Positions 17,384-27,350 of a stretch of 64,000 bases of DNA are shown piece after piece. The stretch's first letter is position 1. Every line of letters starts with the position of its first letter. Source of the stretch: Verrucomicrobiota bacterium (GTDB lineage: Bacteria > Verrucomicrobiota > Verrucomicrobiia > Limisphaerales > Palsa-1400). Below the pieces are notes generated by a model. It saw nothing but the letters and a program-made list of their open reading frames with translations. It was not told the DNA's origin and searched no databases. Made by a program: the position numbers and the translations under genes. The stretch is taken from NCBI GenBank assembly GCA_050014435.1, contig JBEKDI010000003.1, positions 27,901 to 91,900 of the forward strand, given 5' to 3'.

Positions 17384-19312
17384 TTAGATGCCTTCGCCGT
17401 AATCCGCCGATAAGGCGTGCGGTTTTTCGTGCATCCGCAAATACTCGATGATCCGCGCCACCGATTCGGCGACTGTCAACTGGTCGGTCGGCAGCTCAAT
17501 TTCCGGGCGCTCGGGCGCTTCGTAAGGAGCGGAGATGCCGGTGAATTCCTTGATCTGATTGGCGCGGGCCTTGACGTAAAGGCCCTTGGGGTCGCGGCTC
17601 TCGCAAACCTCGAGCGGCGCGTTGACATAGACCTCGACAAACATCCCCGGCTCCGTGATGCGCCGCACCAGATCGCGGTCCGACCGGTAGGGCGAAATAA
17701 AGGCCGTGACGCAAATGATGCCGGCCTCGGCGAATAGCTTGGCCGTTTCGCCTATGCGCCGGATGTTCTCCTTGCGGTCCTCGGGCGAGAAGCCCAAGTC
17801 GGAGCAAAGCCCGTGGCGCATGTTGTCGCCGTCCAGCACATAGACATGCTGGCCCAGCCGGAACAGTTCCCGCTCCAGTTCCGTGGCAATGGTGGATTTG
17901 CCGGAAGCGGACAGCCCCGTCAGCCAAACAACACGGCCGCTGTGGCCGTTGCGCGCCGCGCGCTGCACCGGCGTGACTTTGCCCTGGCTCCAATAAATAT
18001 TATGGCTTTTTTGCAGGCTGTCGGAGGAGCGCTTGGGATAATTGTCCGCGGCAATGATCCCGCCACCCGCGACCTCAAATCCATCCACAATGACAAAGCG
18101 GCCCGTGGCGATGATGGCCGCGTGAACGTCGAAAGCGACCGGGCGCTTTGTGCGCAGGGTCAATTCCGCCACTTCGTTGCGGCCCACAAAAGTTTCCGGG
18201 CGGGAAATCGTTCCCAGCGTGGCGGAGTCGATGATCCGCTCGATGGAATCGACGGAGCATTCCACCTCCTGGGTGGCCAGTTTGAGCTTGTAGGCCTTGC
18301 CCGCGGCAAAGGGAGCGCGCCCCAGCCAAAACACGCGCGCCTTGAACCGCGTCAGTTCGTAAGGCGGGTCCGTTTCCAACGCCGCAATCTCGCCGCGCTG
18401 GACAAAAATCTGTTCGGTCAACGTGATGCCGATGGATTCGCCCGCCTCGGCCCGTTCGGCGGGCGGAGCGTTCCAGCGTTCGATGGTCTTGACAGCGCTG
18501 GTTTTGTTGCCGGGCACGAAGACCAGGCGGTCGCCAACCTTGAGCGCGCCGGACTCGATGCGCCCGGCCAGGATGCGGCGCGAGTCGAAACGGTAAATAT
18601 CCTGGATGGGAAACCGCAAAGGTTGCAGAGTGGGAGGATCGGCCAGCCGGAAATTGTCCAGCGACTCCAGCACGGTCTGCCCCTTCCACCACGGCATGTT
18701 GGGGCTGCGCGAAGCAATGTTGTCGCCCAGCTTGGCGGACATGGGAATGAAACAAGTCGGTTCCACGCCCATCGTTTTCAGGAAGGCGCGGAATTCGGTT
18801 TCGATCTCATTGAAACGCGCCTCGGCATAGCTTTCCAGATCCATTTTATTGACAAGAACGGCAATCTGCCGGATGCCCAGGAGATTGAGCAGGTAGCCGT
18901 GCCGGCGCGATTGTTCCTGCACGCCTTCATGGGCGTCGATAAGCAGCAAGGCGGCCTCGGCGTTGGCGGCGCCCGTGATCATGTTTTTGAGAAATTCCTT
19001 GTGGCCCGGCGCGTCGATGATCACGTACTGGCGCTTCTTGCTCCGAAACCAGATTTGCGCCGTGTCGATGGTGATGTTTTGGTCGCGTTCCGCTTGCAGG
19101 GCGTCCATGAGATTGGCCCACTCGAACGGCACGCCGCGGCGCGCCGCCACGGCCTGCAATTGCTCGAACTTGCCTTCCGGAAGGGAATCAGTGTCGTGCA
19201 AAAGCCGGCCGACAAAGGTGGATTTGCCGTGATCGACGTGGCCGACGATGACAATCTTCAGTTGTTCCCCGGGAGGCGCTGAGATGTTCTGCATAAAGGT
19301 GGGCTGGCTCAC
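17384..19312 (-). CDS. cysNC: Bifunctional sulfate adenylyltransferase subunit 1 / adenylyl-sulfate kinase (CysN-CysC fusion, NodQ-like)
   Basis: GTPase motifs [14 protein letters not shown] and NKMD in the N-terminal half. APS-kinase P-loop [11 protein letters not shown] in the C-terminal ~200 aa. The start is either GTG 19312 (GTGA overlap with the cysD stop) or ATG 19294. Confidence 0.9.
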   Translation of the reverse strand: MSQPTFMQNISAPPGEQLKIVIVGHVDHGKSTFVGRLLHDTDSLPEGKFEQLQAVAARRGVPFEWANLMDALQAERDQNITIDTAQIWFRSKKRQYVIIDAPGHKEFLKNMITGAANAEAALLLIDAHEGVQEQSRRHGYLLNLLGIRQIAVLVNKMDLESYAEARFNEIETEFRAFLKTMGVEPTCFIPMSAKLGDNIASRSPNMPWWKGQTVLESLDNFRLADPPTLQPLRFPIQDIYRFDSRRILAGRIESGALKVGDRLVFVPGNKTSAVKTIERWNAPPAERAEAGESIGITLTEQIFVQRGEIAALETDPPYELTRFKARVFWLGRAPFAAGKAYKLKLATQEVECSVDSIERIIDSATLGTISRPETFVGRNEVAELTLRTKRPVAFDVHAAIIATGRFVIVDGFEVAGGGIIAADNYPKRSSDSLQKSHNIYWSQGKVTPVQRAARNGHSGRVVWLTGLSASGKSTIATELERELFRLGQHVYVLDGDNMRHGLCSDLGFSPEDRKENIRRIGETAKLFAEAGIICVTAFISPYRSDRDLVRRITEPGMFVEVYVNAPLEVCESRDPKGLYVKARANQIKEFTGISAPYEAPERPEIELPTDQLTVAESVARIIEYLRMHEKPHALSADYGEGI

Positions 19313-20121
19313 ATGTACCCGTCGCGCCGCAATTTCTCGAAGGCGTCTTCGCTCTCCTTGTCCTGGGCCCGACCGGCGCGTTCGGGGGTGCGGGTATGGC
19401 GGAGTTCTTCAATGATTTCCTGCACGGTGCGCGCGTTGGATTTGATGGGAAAGGTGCAGGGCGCGCATCCCAGGCTGCGGTAACGTTCCCCCTTTTCATT
19501 GGCGAAATAGAGCGGGATGACCGGAATGTTCTCGCGACCGATGTACTCCCAAATGTTCAACTCCGTCCAGTGGAGCAGCGGATGGATGCGGATATGCGTC
19601 CCCTTTTCATAATCGGTTTTGAACTGGTCCCACAACTCCGGCGGCTGGTCTTCCACGTTCCATTCCATGTTCTTGTCGCGCGGGCTGAAATAGCGTTCCT
19701 TGGCGCGGGTCGGCTCCTCGTCCCGCCGCACCCCCACGATCACCCCGGTATAATGGTGCTTGTCCAGCACGGCCTTGAGCGCGTCCTTCTTCAACGTCCC
19801 GCAGCATTCCACGCGCGTGGCGCGGCCATTGGGATACGTCACGCCGCTCTTGAGCACGGCTTCGTTCTTCCCCACCACCAGTTTCAGCTTCCACTCCCGC
19901 ACCAACTGGTCGCGATACTCGATCATGCTCGGGATTTTGTAGGTGGTGTCCACGTGGACGAGCGGGAAAGGCACATGGCCCAAAAACGCCTTGCGCGCCA
20001 GCCACAACATGGCGGTCGAATCCTTGCCGATGCTCCAGAGCATGGCGAGGTTCTCAAATTTATTGAAAGCCTCCCGCATGATGTAAATGCTTTGGTTCTC
20101 GAGTTTGGAAAGGTAATCCAT
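19309..20121 (-). CDS. cysD: Sulfate adenylyltransferase subunit 2
   Basis: [18 protein letters not shown]..., [12 protein letters not shown] (PAPS-reductase/ATP-PPase fold). Internal ATG 20121 is used. Confidence 0.9.
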   Translation of the reverse strand: MDYLSKLENQSIYIMREAFNKFENLAMLWSIGKDSTAMLWLARKAFLGHVPFPLVHVDTTYKIPSMIEYRDQLVREWKLKLVVGKNEAVLKSGVTYPNGRATRVECCGTLKKDALKAVLDKHHYTGVIVGVRRDEEPTRAKERYFSPRDKNMEWNVEDQPPELWDQFKTDYEKGTHIRIHPLLHWTELNIWEYIGRENIPVIPLYFANEKGERYRSLGCAPCTFPIKSNARTVQEIIEELRHTRTPERAGRAQDKESEDAFEKLRRDGYM

Positions 20122-20128
20122 GGAATTT

Positions 20129-20707
20129 TCAGCTAATTTCAGCTTTTGCCCTGTCGCGCGAGGCGGCGGAAAACGCGATGAGGAGGCTGCCGCAGAGTTC
20201 CAGCAGCCAGGCCCAGCGGTCATCCTTCAATTCGACGCCAAACAACTCGTTGGCATGGTTGATGGTTGAAGCTCGCAACACGACAAATAACAGGAGAACA
20301 AGGACTCCCAAAAAGGCAAGACGATTCCGCGCGACGAAGAGCCTGGCGCGGGTGGCAAAGATCCCCAGAAAACAAAGCCCGAGCAGGCCGAAAGCGGCGG
20401 CGAAGACGGCCTGGGCCAACCGCCGGCGTTCGTACCAGCCGCCGGCCACGGCGGCGCGGCGTCCCAGGACAATCAAAAGAGTCTGGAGATTGAGTTGCTT
20501 GTTGATGCCAAGGAACAGCAAGCCAACGGCCAGCAACCACCAGATCCTGTTTCCTTCGGTCCCCTCTTTGTCCGCTTTGAACGCCGCCCAACAGCAAGCC
20601 GCCGCGGCCAGCAAATAAACCACCACCACGGTCCAACCCAACAAAGTCGGATTATCGAGTTGAGGGTGCCAGTTCGTCCCCGGCATGGAGGTGACGGACC
20701 TATCCAT
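20129..20707 (-). CDS. Hypothetical integral membrane protein (about 5 TM helices)
   Basis: 192 aa with hydrophobic segments such as [36 protein letters not shown] and [14 protein letters not shown]. No recognisable motif. It is wedged tightly between the aminotransferase (8-nt overlap) and cysD (7-nt gap). Confidence 0.5.
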   Translation of the reverse strand: MDRSVTSMPGTNWHPQLDNPTLLGWTVVVVYLLAAAACCWAAFKADKEGTEGNRIWWLLAVGLLFLGINKQLNLQTLLIVLGRRAAVAGGWYERRRLAQAVFAAAFGLLGLCFLGIFATRARLFVARNRLAFLGVLVLLLFVVLRASTINHANELFGVELKDDRWAWLLELCGSLLIAFSAASRDRAKAEIS

Positions 20708-21875
20708 TCAGAAACTTCGCAATGCAGTCCACCACGTACTGCGCTTGCGCGTCTGACAATTCCGGGTAAACAGGCAGGGCAAGCGTTTCCTCCGACGCGA
20801 GCTCGCTGACGGGAAAATCTCCCCGATGACAGCCCAGATAACGAAAGCACTCCTGCAAATGCAACGGCAGGGGATAGTAAACCTCCGTGTTGATGCCGGC
20901 CTTTTTGAGCCATGCCTTCAGTTCGTCGCGCCGCGGCACGCGAATAACAAATTGATTGAAAATGTGGCGTCCACCCACAATGGCAGGCACGACGACGCAT
21001 CTTCCCCCTTTGTTGAGCACGGCATTTTGCCAGCGCGCGGGCTGGTATTCCCTGGACGTGAGCACTTGCAGGCCAGACTGGCAGAGCAGCGCCTCGTAAC
21101 GCGCCGCATTGTTCTGGCGGGCCAGCGTCCATTTGTCCAAGTGCTGAAGTTTGACCGTCACGACGGCGGCTTGGAGGGCGTGCAGGCGGAAGTTGCCGCC
21201 AATCCACTTGTGGTAATACTTGTCCTTCGCGCCATGCACCCGCAAGCAGGCTAGTTTTTCGGCGCGGGCGGGGTCGTTCATCACCACCATGCCGCCGTCG
21301 CCCGCAGCGCCCAAGTTTTTGGATGGGAAGAAGGAAAAACAGCCGTAATGGCCCAGCGACCCGGCGCGCCGGCCCTTGTCTTCCGCCCCGATCGCCTGGG
21401 CCGCATCCTCAATGACTACCAACCGATGCTTGCTGGCAAGGGCCATAATCGGATCCATGTCGGCCATTTGGCCGTAGAGGTGGACCGGCATGATGGCGCG
21501 GGTCCTAGGGGTGATTTTCGATTCGATCTGATCCACAGCCAGGTTGTAGGTCGCGGCATCGATATCGACGAAAACAGGTTTGGCGCCCAGCCGGGCAATC
21601 GAGCCGGCAGTGGCAAAAAAAGTGAATGGCGTGGTGATGACTTCATCGCCTGGGCCGATATCCTCGGCCATGAGCGACGCCAGCAGCGCATCGGTTCCCG
21701 AAGAGACGCCTACCGCGAAAGCGCAATTGGAATACCTGGCAATGGCGGCTTCGCACTCGTCGACTTTGGGACCAAGGATGAAGTGCTGGCTTTGCAGCAC
21801 CTCCTGGACAGCCTGGTCAATGGCAGGCTTGATGGAAGCGTATTGCGCCTTTAAATCCAGCAGGGGGACATTCAT
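20700..21875 (-). CDS. DegT/DnrJ/EryC1/StrS-family PLP-dependent sugar aminotransferase
   Basis: MNVPLLDLKAQY..., GSGTDAL-type motif (SSGTDALL), SFFPSKNLG (PLP lysine). Internal ATG 21875 is used. Confidence 0.85.
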   Translation of the reverse strand: MNVPLLDLKAQYASIKPAIDQAVQEVLQSQHFILGPKVDECEAAIARYSNCAFAVGVSSGTDALLASLMAEDIGPGDEVITTPFTFFATAGSIARLGAKPVFVDIDAATYNLAVDQIESKITPRTRAIMPVHLYGQMADMDPIMALASKHRLVVIEDAAQAIGAEDKGRRAGSLGHYGCFSFFPSKNLGAAGDGGMVVMNDPARAEKLACLRVHGAKDKYYHKWIGGNFRLHALQAAVVTVKLQHLDKWTLARQNNAARYEALLCQSGLQVLTSREYQPARWQNAVLNKGGRCVVVPAIVGGRHIFNQFVIRVPRRDELKAWLKKAGINTEVYYPLPLHLQECFRYLGCHRGDFPVSELASEETLALPVYPELSDAQAQYVVDCIAKFLNG

Positions 21876-21891
21876 GGGAAACAGGCTTGCT

Positions 21892-23400
21892 TCAGTATCT
21901 ATAGTTGATGGAGAACCCAACCTGGGTGCTCGAGTATCCGAAATTGGACTGGCCGGATGAAGTATCATTGACTGAGTAAAAGACCGCGAAAGCGCCCTGC
22001 GCCACAACGGCGTAGGACAGGCTCACGCTGAAGGAGGTGGAGTTCTGCGGCTCGTTCTCGGTGAGAAAGGTGGTCGGCGCGCGGCCCAGGAAATATTTCG
22101 GCTGCGGCGCCGGCACAATGGAGGTCAGCGGCTCCGTCGAATAGCCGCCATTCACGGCCAGGGACAGCTTTGGGGAAAGCTGCTGCCTGATCGAGGCGCT
22201 GACCGCGGTGTTCACCAGGACTTCATTGCCAAAGAAGGAGGGAGTCACGGTGCGGGAACCGCCCACAGAGACTGAGGTGTTGCGGAAAAGCTGGTATTGC
22301 AGCGTTCCGGAAAAAATCGGGGTGATCAAGGCCGGGGCGCTGGGATTGACAAACTGCATTTCCTCAGCTCCCCCGCTCAGGCTCAAGGTCAGCTTTTCAC
22401 GCGGACGAAAGTTGATCGTCGCCTGGACTGACTCGAATGGCATGCTGGACCCCTGACTTACATCATTGTACCCGCCGGACAGTGAAAGCCCGGCCCCGAA
22501 TTGCGGCATGAACTGGTAATTCAGCCCGGTGTTCCCCGTCCATGACTCGACGTTGTTAAACTGGGACGCATAACGCAGGTCCTGCGCGGCTCCCAATTGC
22601 AGAGAAAGCTGGCTGCCCATTTGATACACGGCAGCCAAGGCGGTGCCATAGTCTTCCTGGCTCGTTTGTGTGCCGGTTTCGATGAGGGGGTCGTCAGTCT
22701 TGACATAGGTCTGTGAGAGACTGAAGGCCCAATCTTCAAAAGTCGCCCCGCCGCTCAACGCCACGGATTGGGCCAAGTTGTCGCGGAATGCCGGGTTGGC
22801 ATAGATGGTGTAATAGGGGCTGTAATTCAGCTTCCAATTGCTTCCCAAATCGAAGAGGAGTCCAACGCCGACGGTTTGAACGATGAGATTCTTTTGCTGG
22901 CCGGGTTCGGAGTCAATGCCGTTTCCCTCAGTCAGCGTGTAGGAAAAGCTGGGGTGGACGTCGATTGGCCCCCACAGGGGAATTCCCAGGCCAAGCGGAA
23001 TCATTTGGCCTGCCGCGCCGGGCGGAGCTGCCAGAACCGCTGTCCCTGCCAGAGGCGCGGCCGGCTGTTCCGCCCCCAGCGCTGCGGGTCCCAACATCAG
23101 CGGCGGGTTGGGCGTCACTCCGATTTGGTAAATTAAGGAGTTCTGCGTCTGAAATCCGTTCGTAAAACCGATTGGCTCCTGGAATGTGTTGGTCAGGGAG
23201 GCCGTCGCTGCATTGGTGGAAGCGGCCTGGGTCTGCGGCTGGTTCGTCGCGGTGTTGCCGCCCGTGTCCTGGCCCGCCGCCCCGGCCAGAAAGACGAAAA
23301 TGGAAGCGACCGACAGGCGCCGCTGAAGTTCTCGCGCGCCGCCCGAACGCCAGCGGGATGGCTGTTTTCCTTTTAAAGTGAACACCGGGATTAGCTTCAA
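21892..23400 (-). CDS. Outer-membrane beta-barrel protein (EPS/PEP-CTERM-locus associated)
   Basis: Signal-like RRLSVASIFVFLAGAAGQ, then a Q/T/A/P-rich low-complexity ~100 aa. Long alternating beta-strand-like sequence follows, ending ...GFSINYRY with a terminal aromatic. The start codon is non-ATG (TTG 23400 or GTG 23385). Confidence 0.65.
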   Translation of the reverse strand: MKLIPVFTLKGKQPSRWRSGGARELQRRLSVASIFVFLAGAAGQDTGGNTATNQPQTQAASTNAATASLTNTFQEPIGFTNGFQTQNSLIYQIGVTPNPPLMLGPAALGAEQPAAPLAGTAVLAAPPGAAGQMIPLGLGIPLWGPIDVHPSFSYTLTEGNGIDSEPGQQKNLIVQTVGVGLLFDLGSNWKLNYSPYYTIYANPAFRDNLAQSVALSGGATFEDWAFSLSQTYVKTDDPLIETGTQTSQEDYGTALAAVYQMGSQLSLQLGAAQDLRYASQFNNVESWTGNTGLNYQFMPQFGAGLSLSGGYNDVSQGSSMPFESVQATINFRPREKLTLSLSGGAEEMQFVNPSAPALITPIFSGTLQYQLFRNTSVSVGGSRTVTPSFFGNEVLVNTAVSASIRQQLSPKLSLAVNGGYSTEPLTSIVPAPQPKYFLGRAPTTFLTENEPQNSTSFSVSLSYAVVAQGAFAVFYSVNDTSSGQSNFGYSSTQVGFSINYRY

Positions 23401-23466
23401 CTATTTAAAATCACCTTAAACGATACTGGTTGATTGGCAAAGTATAAATTCGCCAGCGGTGGCCCC

Positions 23467-24471
23467 CTATTTTTTCAAAACAGAGGCCCAGCTCGGAGGC
23501 AGATTTTTCGTGATTTCTATTCCCTCGAAAACACAGGCCGCCCGGGAGCCATGGGACTTCACCCAATCCGCCATGGCCTGAATCCCCTGCTTGAGCGGCG
23601 TCTTTTTGTTTTGGCCGAAAACGCGCTCCGCCTTGCTGTGATCGGAAAAGGCGAGCTTGACCTCGTTGCGGGCCGTCAGATGCCGCACCTGGCATTCGCG
23701 GCTCATGGCTTCGGCAACAACTTTCGCCAGTTCATTGACGGTAAAGGGAACATCGGCGCCCAGGTTGAAGATCTGATTGAGGGCGCCCGGGACGTTGACC
23801 GCGTTGGCAATGACCGGCGCGACGTCGTTGATATGGGTAAAGGCCCGTTCCTGCAGACCGTCGCCAAAAATGGTCATGGGCTGGCCGCTCAGAAGCTGGT
23901 TCATGAAAATGCCGACCACATTGCGATAGCGGTCGCCAATGTTCTGGCCCTCGCCATAAACATTGTGTGGCCTGAAGATGACGTAATTCAGCCCGAACAT
24001 CTCATGCGTCACCCGCAATTCCTGTTCAATCGCCAGCTTGGCGATGCCGTAGGAGTCTTCCGGCACGGGCGTCATTTCCTCGGTCATCGGGGTCTGGCCC
24101 GCGCCATAGACCGCAATGGACGAGGTGAAAACGAAGCATTTGACCTGATGATTGACGGCGGCGTTGATCAAGTTGACCGAGCCGACAACATTGTTGGTGT
24201 AGTTGAACCGTTTGATGAAATGGCTCAGGCCCTCCGCAGCGTAGGCGGCCAGGTGATAGACGTGATCGAATTTGTGCCGCTGAAACAGGGACTCGATCAA
24301 GGGATGGTCCAGAATGGATCCTTTGACAAAGACGACCCCGTCAGGGACATTGTCCGTGAACCCGCCGCTCAAGTCATCCAGCACCACGACCTTCGCGCCG
24401 GATGCCAGCAGATGCCTTGCGACATGAGAGCCGATAAATCCCGCTCCGCCAGTAACTAAAGATGTTGCCAT
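23467..24471 (-). CDS. NAD-dependent epimerase/dehydratase (extended SDR)
   Basis: [17 protein letters not shown]..., SYGIAKLAIEQ (YxxxK). Internal ATG 24471 is used. Confidence 0.8.
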   Translation of the reverse strand: MATSLVTGGAGFIGSHVARHLLASGAKVVVLDDLSGGFTDNVPDGVVFVKGSILDHPLIESLFQRHKFDHVYHLAAYAAEGLSHFIKRFNYTNNVVGSVNLINAAVNHQVKCFVFTSSIAVYGAGQTPMTEEMTPVPEDSYGIAKLAIEQELRVTHEMFGLNYVIFRPHNVYGEGQNIGDRYRNVVGIFMNQLLSGQPMTIFGDGLQERAFTHINDVAPVIANAVNVPGALNQIFNLGADVPFTVNELAKVVAEAMSRECQVRHLTARNEVKLAFSDHSKAERVFGQNKKTPLKQGIQAMADWVKSHGSRAACVFEGIEITKNLPPSWASVLKK

Positions 24472-24573
24472 GATTCGATTTCCGATTTTCGTTTGGTGAA
24501 TATTATTGCCCGGCACAGCGGGTTTTTGCAAGCAGGGCTTGCGGAAGGCCGATGACAAATTTCCGCAGGCGTG

Positions 24574-25632
24574 TCAGCCAAAATTCCTGGCGAGCAGTTC
24601 CACATAAGCCTCGGACGTGAACAGGCGAAAGGCCGGGCTATGCAGAAAATCAGCGGCCGCCTCGAGATAGCCGTTGTATTCGCCCTCGGACATGGTGGAT
24701 AGGTAGCGATACAACTCTTCGTAAGTAAAATTGCGCTTGTCAATGAATGTGTTGGCCGGAACGTAGTCCGTGACGTTGGGCGCGCCGAGGTAAACCGGCA
24801 CGCAGCCGGCATTGAAACAATCCCAAAGCTTCTCTGAAACCCAATCCTTCTCCACTGCGTTCTCATAGCCAATGCTGAACCGGTAATCCATCAGGGTCAG
24901 GTGCTTGTTCTTGACGTTGGGGCCGATGCAGGAGGGGAACTGGCGGAATTTGAACACGTCCAAGAGCCGCACCCTCCGATAGGCGGCGCGCAGGGCAAAG
25001 TTCAGGAATGAAAGCCGGCCCGGCAACAAAGGCCGGTCCCAATCCACGCCTATCAAATCGAAGTCCTGCGGCGTGTTGGCCTCAAACCAGCGGATGGCAC
25101 GGATGCGCTCGGAAAACAATTCGCCGGGATGGTTCGCCACCATGTAACTTTGGATCAGACAGCACAGTTTACGTCGGCCAAACGGCGGCCGCTCCGTGCC
25201 CGGCTCCACGTGCGGCGGCGGCGGGACCGGATAGTGGTAAAGCACGTATTTGGACGGATCCGCCGCCACCAGGTCCTTTTTGTAGGTGATGACCTTCCGA
25301 AACGGCTTGTGGAGTTTGGTATTGTAATTGTCCGGCCGCACCACGGCCGGCTCGCCCAGAATGAGGTTCATGTCCGGATGCCCAGCCTTGAGCAAGGCGT
25401 GAAAATAGCGGTTGCGGTGAATGTAGTAATCGGGGTAATCGCCAAAGAACACCCGGTCGAACCATTCCAGCGGCTTCATATCCAGCGTGGCCACCTGATG
25501 CCCCATGGACTGCAGGGTCTTGCCCAGCAACCGCGAGGTGTAGCACCAATCATGCCCCTGCTGATCAACCGATGCGGTAAACATCCGGTTCTGGTTGTAA
25601 GCGTTGTAGAAACTCCAAAAGCCGAGGTTCAT
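24574..25632 (-). CDS. GT10-like glycosyltransferase (alpha-1,3/4-fucosyltransferase family fold)
   Basis: C-terminal FSIGYENAVEKDWVSEKLWDCFNAGCVPVYLGAPNVTDYVPANTFID matches the GT10 signature (F.FENS...DYVTEK......G.VP.Y.G). ATG 25632 avoids overlap with the upstream gene. Confidence 0.6.
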   Translation of the reverse strand: MNLGFWSFYNAYNQNRMFTASVDQQGHDWCYTSRLLGKTLQSMGHQVATLDMKPLEWFDRVFFGDYPDYYIHRNRYFHALLKAGHPDMNLILGEPAVVRPDNYNTKLHKPFRKVITYKKDLVAADPSKYVLYHYPVPPPPHVEPGTERPPFGRRKLCCLIQSYMVANHPGELFSERIRAIRWFEANTPQDFDLIGVDWDRPLLPGRLSFLNFALRAAYRRVRLLDVFKFRQFPSCIGPNVKNKHLTLMDYRFSIGYENAVEKDWVSEKLWDCFNAGCVPVYLGAPNVTDYVPANTFIDKRNFTYEELYRYLSTMSEGEYNGYLEAAADFLHSPAFRLFTSEAYVELLARNFG

Positions 25633-25768
25633 GAAAGAGGGCGCCCGGTCGGGGAGCCGGGCCGGGAACGGCGGTGGACAGCGGGACTTGTATTTGACAA
25701 CACGATCATTCTTGAAGGGGCGAAGGCTGGCCCCGGGGCGCCGTTTTGTCAAATTCGTATTTAATTGC

Positions 25769-26488
25769 TCAACGCCGGCGAAAGAGTGCCAGCGCCGAAA
25801 GCCCAAGTCCGAGCAGCGCGAGGGAATTGGCTTCGTCGGGCACAGCCGTCACCGCCAGGGCATCCACGTCCCATGAATAGTAATAGGTGTCGTCACTCGT
25901 GGCGTCACGAAGATCTGTTCCCGAGACCACGGAAACCCCTTGCCCCGCAGAAAACGAATCCAGAGAAGCTTCACTAAAGGTCAGCGATGTCGGCCCGACG
26001 GCATCAATCGTAAGATAATTCTGAATGTCAATGTCCCAATTTCCCGTAAACGCGCGCCCATCATAGACGCCAGAGGCACTGATAGGAACAAGCATTGTCG
26101 TCCCGGTTTCTGGACCGCCCAAACTAACGCCGGTAAATATGTCGTCAAACGAAACACTGCCGTTATTACCGACCGTCAGAGTGGCTGATCCCTCGCCCGG
26201 CGCAAAGATAGACCCCTGAATGTTGACGGGTGCGCTGGATGAGTTGACCGTCACAGAACCCACTTGCTCGAGGGTTCCAGCCGTCGGATTGTAATACAAT
26301 GTCTCGGAAAGCGCGCCGAACGTCGCTTCGAATCCTCCTGCACCAAGACCCGATGGACTCAAATCCACATCAGCCCAGCCATTAACCGCGCCGGAATAAT
26401 GATAAGTCTGAATTTGGGCAAGCCCGCCTATTGGCACAAGCCCTATGACGAGCGTCGCCATTATCCGCAAAACCTCAGTGATTTTCAT
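25769..26488 (-). CDS. Secreted protein with PEP-CTERM-type (VPDE) sorting signal
   Basis: N-terminal hydrophobic signal MKITEVLRIMATLVIGLVPIGGLAQ. The C-terminus TAVPDEANSLALLGLGLSALALFRRR has the layout motif + TM + Arg cluster. Confidence 0.8.
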   Translation of the reverse strand: MKITEVLRIMATLVIGLVPIGGLAQIQTYHYSGAVNGWADVDLSPSGLGAGGFEATFGALSETLYYNPTAGTLEQVGSVTVNSSSAPVNIQGSIFAPGEGSATLTVGNNGSVSFDDIFTGVSLGGPETGTTMLVPISASGVYDGRAFTGNWDIDIQNYLTIDAVGPTSLTFSEASLDSFSAGQGVSVVSGTDLRDATSDDTYYYSWDVDALAVTAVPDEANSLALLGLGLSALALFRRR

Positions 26489-26633
26489 GATGTTGCCTCA
26501 TGTTTTCATTTGGGCTGTTCCGAGCCTTCCGAGTATCCGGCCGTCGCCGGGAACATATCACAAGCCCGGATTCAAATCAATGCCCATTTGCGGGCATCTC
26601 ATATTCCCGCGAGATCCGCAGGCCGAGTGCGCT

Positions 26634-27311
26634 TCATTTTCCGGGGATTGAAAATGGTAAGAGCTTCGCTGAATCTCCACTCCATAAGACGAGTGTTTTT
26701 CCAAAAAGGCGGAATTTGGATGCAAGGCCGAGAGCGACAAAGGGCGTTCGCTTCAAGGAAGACAACTGGGGGGAATTCCATTCCGCGGCTTCAATGAAAG
26801 CCCGGGGCCGCATCTCGCGGCTCAGTGATTTCAAGATGTGGTTGACCAGCCGCGGATTGATCCGCTGACCGCGGTATTGGGGAACTACATAAAAATCAAA
26901 TAAATGCGCATCATCGCTCCCCAATGGGAAGAAATGCGGCTCGACTGTCCGTCCCACGAGAGTCCAGCCAAAACCGGCCAGCTTGCCGTCCACTTTGAAT
27001 AACCACAGCGAAGCGCCTTGAGCGAATCGCTGAGAAAAGCGGCGACGAGCAATCGTTGAATTGCCGATGCTTGTAATTTGCAGCATATCATTGGCATCGA
27101 CTTCGCTTTCGACGTTTTTGCGTTCCACTGTTGCGTTGTTGGCGGCTTCGAATGCCAGCGGCACGGAAGCGCGAAGGTCGCAGAAAAAGATTACCATGCG
27201 ATTTCCTGTCCACAGGCGCCTAAAGGAAATCCATAAGCGGCCGAGAGCGGCTCGGAAGCCGTGACGCCGCGCATAATTGAAAAGACGGTTAATAGAACCT
27301 CGTGCCGGCAT
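26634..27311 (-). CDS. GNAT-family N-acetyltransferase (putative)
   Basis: LFDFYVVPQYRGQRINPRLVNHIL resembles GNAT motif A (Q/R-x-x-G-x-G/A-like). 225 aa. Confidence 0.45.
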   Translation of the reverse strand: MPARGSINRLFNYARRHGFRAALGRLWISFRRLWTGNRMVIFFCDLRASVPLAFEAANNATVERKNVESEVDANDMLQITSIGNSTIARRRFSQRFAQGASLWLFKVDGKLAGFGWTLVGRTVEPHFFPLGSDDAHLFDFYVVPQYRGQRINPRLVNHILKSLSREMRPRAFIEAAEWNSPQLSSLKRTPFVALGLASKFRLFGKTLVLWSGDSAKLLPFSIPGK

Positions 27312-27350
27312 ATTCCGCGCCGCGTCGCATTCGCGATGGTCAAGCCACGC

